From Acanthaster planci (taxonomy: Eukaryota), in contig NW_019091358.1 in assembly GCF_001949145.1 (NCBI RefSeq), positions 2,412,535 to 2,476,534 of the forward strand: a stretch of 64,000 bases of DNA, given 5' to 3'. Below are positions 52,601 through 64,000 of this stretch, in pieces. The notes beneath the pieces are model-generated. The model had not been told where the DNA came from. It ran no database searches and saw only the letters and a list, made by a program, of their open reading frames with translations. The position numbers and the translations under genes were made by a program. Position 1 is the first letter of the stretch. Each line of letters opens with the position of its first letter.

Positions 52601-53580
52601 TTCCCGGTTTTTGGCATGCGATCTACGATTTCCCTACAGCAAAAAGCGGGTGTCTGTAGATGTCGGAGGTTATTATTCATCTTCTGTCACTGTGCCACGA
52701 TAGCCTGAGAAACATTGCTCTTTTATGGTCTCATGTTGCGATTTTCCCCTTCAGCAATACACTTCTCGGCTGTTGACAGTAAAAACAAGACTGGCTTTGA
52801 GAATGTTTGCGCAAAGGTTATGAATGTTTTTTCACGGTGAAATAGTATCCTCAAAGAACATAGAGGATATTTCTATTTTGGAAGCAAAAAAAATCTTAAT
52901 AACAGAGTTAGAAGTTTCTTGAACATTGTGCGGTTCAGCTTGCTTCACATTTATTATGCTGTAATATGAAGACCCTGCCAAGGTAAAACATCAAACATTG
53001 TGGAGGAATGGGTGATCCTGCACGCAGCACAGAGTGCTAGCGAAAGGAAACACTATAACAGATCAAAAAAAGAGAAAAAACGGAGGAATGTCCGCGGCTT
53101 TGCAACCCCGGAGTTTCTAAATCAGGAAATGCCCGGAGCTAAGAAAAAAAAAGTAGCGGCGCTTCAGCGGCAGCGCAGCGAAAACACCGCTAAACAGGAG
53201 GTACGACATCCGATGTCGTCCATGCGATGCCCAAGGCACGACGGCCCCCGAGATCAGGGGAGAGGGGCTTAAGTATTCGCGTATAATGCGTCGAGAGCCG
53301 GACGGGTGCGATCCTCTGAGGAATCAGAGTGTGCCACAGCGCAGCCGCGCTCCTTTGTCTCCGGTGGCTCCTTGAGCCCGGATTTGAGCCATCATTGCGC
53401 GCATCCTCTTGCCGCGCTAGTGCCCGAAGTCACGTCTGCGGAAGATCCCTGCATCAGGACGTGTGGTGCTCGCTGGTGCTCGCTTACGCTCAGCAGGGTG
53501 AGCTGTAGCATTGTTCCTCCTCGTCTCAAACTAATATTTTCCACGAAAAAGAAAACAAAATCGGGTTGCCGCAGGGAGCC
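52600..53580 (-). pseudogene. GAL3ST-like fossil G38 (ALDH7A1 last intron; CpG-rich)
   Basis: FFFVENISLRRGGTMLQLTL..HVL, FFDLL*CFLSLALC, LNRTMFKKL. Confidence 0.5.
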
Positions 53581-53599
53581 TGGACGGGACTGTGGAACG

Positions 53600-55040
53600 A
53601 GCAAAGCTCCAATTCACGCCCATAGCCCGATCTCCCCATCTGCATCGCTCTGGAAATTTTTATTAATGGCTTGCCCCTCTACGTACACAGACTGTTTTCC
53701 TGCTTTACGTTTTTATTATATAAGCTCTGAAAAGCTTCTAACATTCGTGGAAGTAGACATTGATTATTCAAATTTTCCAAAAACTCTGCGCTGCAGTGTT
53801 GCATTCGAAGCTTTTCCAGACCCACAGATCCAAAACAGAGTTGGCTCTAGGTTTCGTCCAATCCCATTTAATTTGTACGTTATAGAGTCTCCTTTCCGAG
53901 AAAAAGCACTATTAATGACAGTCACGTTCAACTTTCAAGATCTTCGCAGTTATCAAACTCCTCCCGGGATGATTCTTCAAACACATAATATCAAGACCAA
54001 CTCGAAAAAAAAACGCACATTCAAAGACCCACAGGGAAACACACGAATACATTGTTGTGTTGCATGACGAGCATGTCTCAGTTAGAAAATATGACACGCC
54101 TTTCTTTCCTATTCAATTTTTCTTTCTTTTTCTCTTTAATGTGGCCATCAAACCAGCCTTTTGCGAATTATAAATGTAGTTGAATAAAATCTGAGTTCTT
54201 TAAATTTACGTGAACATAACAATTTGTATTCTCCATACTAAAGAAACGGTTGCTATACCTCGTGATGAGGGACAACCTTTGCTTAGTTACGTTAAAGAGA
54301 CGACTTCCACCAATACGCTGTACTCATTGGAGAAATGCACAAAGGAACCAGTCCATTCTAGAGATGGTGGTCGCTATGCAAAAGCTTGCTCCGAATCACG
54401 AAGTATGGCAACTGTGTCTCTAGTCTGAATTAAATGTTTGCGTGCAATCAGATAACTCAGAGTACCGTATTTTATTCAAATTTAACTCGCAAAAGGCGTA
54501 TTACATGGCCACGGAAAGGTTTTCTGTTAGGGTGGGATGTGCATGTAACAAAAGGTTGTACACATCTACGGTTTGAATTACAATACTTGACACAAGCCTC
54601 GCGAGAGTGCATTAACTTTGGGAAGAAAAAAGGTCACTTACGCATCAGAATCTAGAATAAAGATTGGCTCGAATACAAAGTGGATTACGAAAGCACAAAA
54701 CGACGTGCGACTTAGCAGCAAAGATTAATACATTGTACCGGCACATCGCAAACTCCTCTGGGTGGTCGCAACATGTTTCGTGATTTCACGTTTTCTCATT
54801 CGCGCGAAAGGGCAGGCTGTTGAACTTGTTGTTCCGGCAATCCGGCCAAAAGAGTAGTGGCGCAATGGCACAGACGTAATAAACGCATACACCAGAGGCA
54901 AACAACTTTCCGTCCATGTTGAATCATTGTGCCAATCGATTAGATTATCTTTGCGGGGGGAAGGGGGGACTAAGATGCAATTTGCAAGTCCTACGCTTTA
55001 GCAACGCAATGGTCGGGTAACTAGAGCACGTGTAGTACAT
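53600..55040 (-). pseudogene. GAL3ST-like fossil G39, split by MITE A copy 2
   Basis: TCSSYPTIALLKRRTC, RYNVL, then after the MITE ILKVERDCH (cf. ILEVERRFH), ECNTAAQSFWKI. Confidence 0.7.
54189..54462. mobile_element. MITE family A copy 2 (inverted relative to copies 1 and 3)
   Basis: Reverse-complement homology to 58581-58872; long internal inverted arms; right end CTCAGAG|TA. Confidence 0.85.
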
Positions 55041-55199
55041 TTCTGTTCTGATTAAAAATCAAGGAACAGGTCAGTCAGAACTCTCAGTAATCAGTTTATC
55101 TGATTCTAGAACAATTCTCTGGAGAAGATGAAACTGAAGGCGCAATCCGCAATCTACGACGAATCTCACACTCGTCACTAGTTCGTTTTCCCACGTTAA

Positions 55200-56300
55200 G
55201 TTTTAAATTTGTATCTATTTTTTGTGTATTACCAAATGATTTGTTTACTTGGTTTTGCCGTTAATGGGTGGGGTTTTGGTGGGTAAAGAGAGAGGAATTC
55301 CTTCTTGTCCTTTGATGCACAATCAAAACCCTGCATACATAAAAAAACAGTGGATGGCAAAGCAATTTGTTGGTAGGTGTCTTCTAGCCAAGTTAATGAA
55401 GAAATCATTAGAAGTCATGTTTAGTGGTATCTTCCGAGGAAAAGATGTAGGAAGACTTCCACAAAGAGGAGCAACGCTGAAACCCAAACACTATTTGAGA
55501 CCAAATTCTATCCCCCAACTTTTTTGTCGTTCATCATCAAACCGTGATGCAAATTACAAAAAGTAATCAAGTGCGTATGCTGGGTGACTTCCCCGGCTCC
55601 GGATTACGAAGATATCACACCGACATCAGTTGATATGAGGGGCTTTGAGGGATGTCTCTCAATCCAACGATGTTGAATCCCTGTGGCTTGAGGAAGGCGA
55701 CAGAGAATGATTGGGGGGGGGATTATCTGCAAATTGTTGCTCGAAACGTCAGGCATAATGTGCCCCGTCACAAATGCTCTCGCAGCAGGCAGCGTCTTAT
55801 GAGGGCTCGACCGTGAGACTTAAGAGATTACGAGATTGAACCACATTTTGACGTGGACATGATTTGACTTTTGCTCCCTGGAAATCACAAGTCAATCATA
55901 TCGAGAAACCCGACCACTCACTGAGGCAAGCTTTACCCTCAAAGACCTGGGTTATTTTGAAACTATCTCACAAGTGGAGCGCGGTTTCCTCCTCCCCACT
56001 CCCCACCCCCAACTCGGCAGTGCCATACCTGATTTTTTATAACTTGGCATGGATGTAAAAGCACTCATCAGTCCCAACGTGGTGGAGTTGCAACTCATTG
56101 AATATACGGTCATTGGAAGTTGAAAGCCACGCATGCACCAGCCCGTGTGCATTAAGTGCCGCAGTGGAAAAGTATCCTTTTTTGGTCGACCTGCCCGAGA
56201 ACAGTAAGTTTCATTTTCATAAAAATTGGTGTCAAACAGTTACTGAAAAAACTTCTAAACGATCAACTCGTAAGAAAAATGCACTGTTGCGATATTGATA
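55200..56300 (+). pseudogene. GAL3ST-like fossil G40 (ALDH7A1 last intron, antisense)
   Basis: Hydrophobic N-terminus, SCP..NPAYIK..KKSLEVMF, LRDVS..ESLW, HIEKPD..VILK..W. Confidence 0.5.
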
Positions 56301-56599
56301 AGACGGCATATTCCGTCCCTCAGCTCTTTAAGAATAAAAAAGGATCATCACGGGCTATCTAAAAAATAACGCAGATGCAAAGTACAAATGCCAAAATGAG
56401 GGAAAAGTTGGCTCGAAAGGCAAACGTCTATCTGCCGTGATTTATCTGTACCGTGGACTCTAAAAAAGGTTAAAGATTGATTGTTCAAGGGCCCACGTCC
56501 TACTCCGGCACTTCCACATCTGTTACAAGCTGGCCGTTCTTTCCTCAAGTTAAAACTGAGATACATGTACATGTATGTTCAAATCCAAACGATTTTTAA

Positions 56600-56818
56600 A
56601 GGACAGCTGCGGTACTGGCCGATAAAGTGCAGCAGAGTTACGTTCCTCTTTACGGTTTACTCACACCATTTCCATCTTTCACCAGATTGTTGCCACCGCA
56701 ATAAGCCTTTTGAGAACGTTCTGAATCTTCGGAAGTTGTAGTCAGCAGGGCAGTAGGCCTACTCTGCATATCGCTGACTTAGGCGAGTAGTGCATACTAT
56801 CGTGCTGTAGGTGCCCCC
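56600..56818. mobile_element. Kolobok-type TTAA MITE
   Basis: TTAA|AGGACAGCTGCGGTAC...GTGCTGTAGGTGCCCC|TTGA. Confidence 0.6.
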
Positions 56819-56829
56819 TTGAGACTCTC

Positions 56830-58575
56830 TGATGATGTTGACTTGACAATGTCATAATCAAGTTTATTCCGTTCCCTTCAAGATCTCACAAAGAAAGAGT
56901 TTCTGTAAGTCTCAGTACTGGCAAATGGGATTGCAATTTGCATATTGTTACTCTTCCTTGCGCTCCTTTCCGGTCAGTATGCAATAAATGCATCTGTACT
57001 TATTCCCACCATCCTCTTCTGAATCTTGTACAACATAGCTAATCTATCCCTCACCTTTCTCGTTTCCAACGAGCCCCATCCCAGTTCAGACATCTAGGTG
57101 ACACTGCTGCCTCTGTAGTAATTCCCGATGCAAAAGCGTGCAGCTTTCCTTTACCTTTCAAGTTCGTGATGTGACAGGTTTCATAAGGGCCCCAGGCACA
57201 TGTGGTGGCGTATTCCAAAGTAGCTCTGACTAACGTTGTACATGCAACAGTCTTCACTTCCTTGGAGCAGGACCAAAGCTTTCTTCAAAGGAATCCTCAT
57301 GTCCGGTTGGCCTTGGTGGCAGCGTTATCCACATGTTCCCCCACCAAAGTTTACTACCACGCTAGACTCCACGGTATGATTGTGAACTTCTAGGAAAAGG
57401 TGTTTGTCCGCAGAAAACGTAGTCCCTCGTGGGTGGTTTCTTTTTATGAGATTACCATAATAGGTCATTTAGTTGGGTTGAAGCTCATTTGCCATATATG
57501 TTGCCATGATTCCTGGGATTTGAGATCTTCTTGTAAAGAAGTTCATATCCTCTACACTGGAAACCGGTGTAATATAAGACAATCATCTGCAAAAAGCCTC
57601 GATAATACACTTTATGTGACCCGGAAGGTCGTTAAATATAAGTCAGGAACAAATGAGGTCCGAGAACTGTTCCTCGTGGTACCCTGACAGAACTTGTTCT
57701 TCCAAAGACATGCTTCCTTCACAGGCCACCCCTTTGTATCCGGTTTGTGAGAAAATCCCTCATCCAACTATGCAAATTATTTCTGATACCATAACAATCC
57801 AACTTCCCAAAGAGCCTTTCGTGAGGAACCTTATCGAAGGCCTTGGAAAAGTCTAAAATTGCCAAGCGAATGGATTTCCTCTTGTCTAATGCCCTAACAA
57901 CATCGTCAGTGGTCACAGTAAGTTGCGTTTCCGTTGAACGCTTTGCTCGAAAGTCATGTTGAGAGTCCACCAGTATCCCATTCCTATCAAAATGATCCAT
58001 GATGTGAGAATGCGCCATGTGCTCCAATATTTGACATATATGGCACTGGTCGTGGAGACTGGTCTGTAACTATCCGGTGCAGCTTTGTTGCCCTTCTTAA
58101 ATACTGCACAGATGTTTGACTCCTTCCACTGTCGTGGCAATACTCCAGATTCCCCCAGACCAGAATCAATTGAAGACTGGAATAAATCTCTGAGAACAGG
58201 TGCTAGTTTTGATGCAAACATTTTCAGAAACTACTGTGGTATTCATCTGGACCTGCTGCTCTCTTTGGCATCAAAGTCTGAAGTCGTCCCTGCTTCAAAA
58301 ATCTCTAGTTCGGGAATATCCTGTGTTAATGGATTCCATAAAAGGAATATTGAACTTGTTTTCCTCCGTAAATACGCTGGCAAATTGGGCATTTAAAGCT
58401 TCAGCTTTCCCTTTTCCATCACTTATGACCATGAGGTCAGTAAATCTCTTTTCTCCATTTCCCAGGTGTTTCGTGTGAGACCAAAATTGTTGCCATTTTC
58501 CTTCAGAGCTGAAGTCTTGTTCGGCTTTATTCAGTGATTTACTTACTTCCTTCTGACATCTTAGAAAATAAAATC
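56830..58575 (-). mobile_element. 5'-truncated, frameshifted CR1/L2-group LINE (ORF2 reverse transcriptase)
   Basis: KAEALNAQFASVFT, LAPVLRDLFQSS..WKESNICAVFKKG..YRPVS, QHDFRAKRSTETQL..LDFSKAFDKVPHERL, RLFADDC, LVRATLEYA; short CAAGT-type tail near 56835. Confidence 0.93.
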
Positions 58576-58580
58576 TGATA

Positions 58581-58872
58581 CACTGACTTATCTGATTTAC
58601 TCTGACGTATCTAACTGCACATAAACATAACAACTTGAATGACCCAGACTAAAGACACTGTTGCTATAGAGGTACCTCGCGATTCGGGGCAAGTTTTTAC
58701 CTAGCGACCACCATCTCTGGAATGGACTGGTTCCTTTGTGCCCTTCTTCTCCACTGAAAACGGTGTGTTGGTGCATGGCGAACGGTTGCCCCTGATCACG
58801 AGGTATAGCAACGGTGTCTTTAGTATGGAGAATTTCAATTGACGTGTTCACGTGAATTTAGATGAGGCAGTG
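58581..58872. mobile_element. MITE family A copy 3 (TA-flanked, CACTG...CAGTG ends)
   Basis: TA|CACTGACTTATCT...AGATGAGGCAGTG|TA; inverted arms of about 100 bp. Confidence 0.85.
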
Positions 58873-59499
58873 TACCAGATTTTATTCGAATTTAACTCTC
58901 AAAAGACTTATTACTATTTCCTTCACAGCGGGTGCACCTGTCTCTTACGTTATATAATGTACCTTTCATCATCTCTGTACAAACTGTGCCATTCTTATTC
59001 CACACATCTCAAGCTTAGCTTTCTCCGGGTGTTTTCATTTCTTCGATGCTATTCACATTATTTCTTGGCATAATCTCAGCTCCAACGTCGTTTTGTAATT
59101 GCACGCTGTGTTGCAGCATCTTCCTTTGCCTAACTAAAGCTAGATTCCAGCTGGTACCTCAGTTTCTGCTCGACGTGAACAATTTGTAATTAAAATAGGT
59201 CTCACGGATCTAGGACAGCTCATGGATACTAAAATTTCTTCATTAACGAACAAAATGAAATTTGAGAGCCTTGTCTTTTCGTGTTGGCCACAAGCATCGG
59301 CTGTGAGATCTTCAAATTTCACCCCAAAAAATTCAAAACTCAAAATTGCAAAATTAAAATGTTCTTGAGTTATTTTCTTGCCCGGAATTAAAATGGCAAT
59401 TTAATGTCGGACAAACTCTATGCAGGCACCTCAGTTCCTCGGTATTTGTTCACCGAGCAGAAAAAAAACAAGCATCTAAATTCATCCCGTATTCCAAGA

Positions 59500-60800
59500 C
59501 ATACAATCTGCATTTGTAAAGTGGATCAACAACAGCTTCCAGTTTGGCTTGACTTCATGGAGTTTGACTTGACTTCACTGTCTTTGGCTATAGAGTGTAC
59601 TTGGTCTTTGGTAGAAACAGTTTAATTCTCGCCATGTCTGAAATTTGGGGCTACAAAAACATGTGTTCCTATGTTACCCAATGGCCAGCGGCTGCATACT
59701 CTTTGCACAGACATTGTGTGCAGGGACGGATCCAAGAATTTTTTGAGAGGGGGGTCAGGCCATTTTTTTTTTGGTCTCATCTTTTGTGGACAAGCGGGAA
59801 CAGTGATGAAACCATTACTTGACATATATTGTTTACACTGATATTGCTGCATTTACTTAAGTTATTTTTATTAGCTACCCCCCATGTTTTTAATACCTTT
59901 TCTCTCTTAAGAGCAGGGGGGTTTTGACACCTCCTGCCCCACGGATCCACACCTGGTGTGCTACTCCTAACAGAAACCAGCTGATCCTGGCATGGCTTAT
60001 GCCAAGGAGAGACCCAGCATAGTGTCTTTAACATCTGGATAACACACTCACATGTGGTTGTATCTGTATTATCATCCTCCCACTATGCCAAACTTCAAAA
60101 GCTCAACACCTATACAGCGGTGTGTTAGCCATTTTGAAGACTTCAAATGAAGAGTTTAAACAATCTCAGAGGTCATTCCGGTGTGCTAGTTGCACAAAAT
60201 AAACATGCAAATGTGTGGCAAAGCATTTCAGGCAAAACACAGGAGACTAGGGAAGACTACAAATATGTTTTCCATCTGAACCTTATAAGGGATCAATGTA
60301 ACAATACCAAGGGAGGTTGGCTTTCACATGGTCTGAACACTGACTCAAACAATTCCCTTTTAGGAGTCCGAGAATGACCAGTGCGCCATTGTCCCTGTGA
60401 CCTGTGGAAGGGGTCAACTTGTTGAAATACCCACATGTAGGAGAATAAGCACTGTGCAATGCATGTACTTAACTGTTTCTGAGAGCTCAGCCAATCACAA
60501 CCACGAAACATAGAAGTGCCAATGCACTCATCAAATCTCTTGTGACTATATCAGATGCTTTCAAATCACCGCCTGTATCAAATACACGGCTATGAGTGGT
60601 CAAGGCACTAGTTCAAGCCTAAACATAGAAGGTCAAATGAGAATGGTCCCTTTACTCCAGCATTTCGAAAGGAGAGCAGGAACCAGATCAGAAGTGCAAG
60701 AGCTTACCTTGATTTGACAGTATGCATTCACCGTATCAGGCAAGAATGCTAGATTCAAATTCACAGCAATGGCTGCATTTTAACCCATGAAGGGTAAACC
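59500..60800 (+). pseudogene. GAL3ST-like fossil G41 (ALDH7A1 last intron, antisense)
   Basis: ICICK..VWL, FNIWITHS..TYTAVC*PF*RL (C*P is REP after two point changes), HGL, YEWSRH*FK. Confidence 0.6.
59721..59955. mobile_element. CAGGG..GGATCC-type MITE
   Basis: GTGTG|CAGGGACGGATCC...GGATCCACACCTG|GTGTG. Confidence 0.75.
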
Positions 60801-61104
60801 TGCACTAAACCAAGTGCTTTGTGAGTGCTTCCAGTTTTGGGGTCTGTCATATCTATCGCCCCTTTATTATGTGGGCATTTACAAAACTCAACAATTATTT
60901 CCATATTGCGCATCTACATGTATATTTGTTAAATTACACAGAAGGTTGACAAACGGCAATGCTCTTTTCTAAATCTAAACCTCTTCTTGTGGGCACTGTA
61001 CTGGCCTTAGCTACATGTAGGTCAATTGCCACTGACCTTTACCGTCAGTAAGAGTGGAATGACTGAAGCTATGGACCCTTTTGACACAGTAAAGTTCAGA
61101 CTCA

Positions 61105-62170
<1,066 letters not shown>

Positions 62171-62349
62171 ATGTTGTTACAGTTTAAAAATACAACAGGA
62201 TTTGAGAGTGAAAGTCTATGTTCCTTTTGTTTAACCATACCTCATACGTAAATGTACATGAACATATTCAGATTCATCAGTTGCCATTTACAATTTCCAG
62301 CTTTGTTTGAAAACACCCATGTACATGTATGTCTGCAGCCATTTTTTGT

Positions 62350-63600
62350 GAGTATAGACACATGTAGCTACCGGTACAATGATGCTTGTGCATGCGTACA
62401 TGTACATCTACTTCACCAGGGTACCAGTTCCGTTACAGTAGGTTTGCACATGGAATTGTGCGTGGTTCCTTGCCTGCATGCCTGGTAAGCTGGAAAAAGT
62501 ACCTGGCATGTGACTGTTAATGGGCCAGTAAGAAAGTGGCTCTCAATCTTGAATATGCATGAGGTATGTTAATACAATTTAAAATCTGCATTTATAATGA
62601 AAAAGAATATAGAAAATTACTTTTTGTTCATTGCCAAAGGTATACCTGTACCTGTGTTTTGGGAAACTGTTGGCAATAATCCACAGAATATGATAAAAAC
62701 GTTGTTCAACACATACATAGGCGCCAGTTCCCCTTAAAATGGTTTATCTGTTCGCATGTTTACACTGTATGTGACACAGGTTGTTTGCCTCAACCCTGGA
62801 AAGCAAACCTTAAGGGGCTTTGGGAATTTGGAAATGCCATCAATGTTGCCCTCAAACCATGTCACATTTGTCAAGTCCGGCACCGTCAAATCTGTCTGGA
62901 CACATTTAATTTGGCAGCTACATGTACATTCTCTAAGCTTGCCCAAACTTGTCTGTGTGTCCATTCGTGTTTGAAAAATTGCTCACTGCGTGGGATGTGA
63001 GACTGTTTTTTCCCCATCAACTGTTTTTGATGTAAATTTAAACACTGTTCTTGTTATTCATCCATACCCCCGAAGTACTTGTACGCTACTCCCAATTATG
63101 CCCTACAACACAATAGCAGGTAAGATTACAAGATAAATTTCAGCCTTCTGACATTCCCAGTTTTGTAAAATTCAAGTTTCAAGGAGATAATTACTCGGCC
63201 AAGTACCTTTGGAGTACAGTTGTCTTAAAAACTTCATTTTTTGGTAATGGTCAGAAGTCATCAATTTACTTTGTAATCTTACCTATTTGCATGTACATGT
63301 ACAATCAAATGCCCATGTACTTCAACTGTGTTCCCTCCTATCTAGTGAAACACCTAGCAAAGAACTTGGTACCCCAAAGGTACTTGACTATAACAGTGCA
63401 ACACAGTCAATAAATCATCGCTTTCTTTCCATCCCCTGACACCTGCATAACAGCTACTTTTCTCCAGTTGCTTGGGCAAGCCTGCAGTGGGCAGGCAGGT
63501 TGCCTTGAAGGGCCTTTATGCTTGTATTTGATTCCTATTTGCAAAGAATGTTTTGCAACCTTATTTGTTTGCAAAAGATTTCAAGTGTGCACATACGCAA
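62350..63600 (+). pseudogene. GAL3ST-like fossil G43 (ALDH7A1 intron, antisense)
   Basis: TCSYRYN..H..GTSSVT, FNTY, TLYVT..NPGKQ, RLQDKFQ..YLWS. Confidence 0.4.
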
Positions 63601-63759
63601 CTACAAAGTTTCCTGACCAGCGGCGATGCCATGTGATTTGCATCACGAGTCAAACTTTTGGGTGGCACTTGTCCCAAATTCGTTGACAAACGACAATAAG
63701 CGGGCCAACCCCCCAAGCAATGCTGATTAATCTCATTATGTACAGCCCAAGAAAGATTA

Positions 63760-63903
<144 letters not shown>

Positions 63904-64000
63904 TTAGAAGAGGTAAAGGTATACGCAAGTAAGATGGTACATGGAGATAGAAAGGCTGGCAAAGCATGGAACAAAATGGTATAAAGCAGGCCTGTTGTTT

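Noticed and set aside
53306..54067. Longest ORF in the track (253 aa, plus strand)
   Set aside because: GTG start and no recognisable protein; it is the antisense shadow of minus-strand fossils G38/G39 in a GC-rich intron segment.
55249..55566. THAP-domain remnant (LRPNSIPQLF resembles the AVPTIF box)
   Set aside because: The THAP C2CH residues are not recoverable, and the surrounding motif order fits a GAL3ST fossil better.

Overview
Animal genomic DNA (about 40% GC). It is probably a marine invertebrate; the frequent TACATGTA motif is amphioxus-like, but the taxon is not established. The only intact gene I can support is the 3' end of ALDH7A1 (antiquitin) on the minus strand: three canonical GT-AG exons at 63825-63898, 61106-61181 and 51328-51382. 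The main surprise is that nearly all remaining 'non-coding' DNA, including the ALDH7A1 introns and 3' flank, is tiled end-to-end by about 40 heavily decayed, apparently intronless copies (about 1-1.3 kb each, both orientations) of a galactose-3-O-sulfotransferase (GAL3ST-family) catalytic domain. I recognised them by manual translation and by the conserved order and spacing of motifs; none is intact. Younger transposons have inserted into these fossils: an internally deleted PIF/Harbinger element with an intron-containing transposase, a CACTA/EnSpm element, a CR1/L2-type LINE, a Penelope-like fragment, and Kolobok, hAT, Harbinger and TA-flanked MITEs. Fossil boundaries are approximate (+/-100-200 bp), and individual copies need confirmation by profile search.
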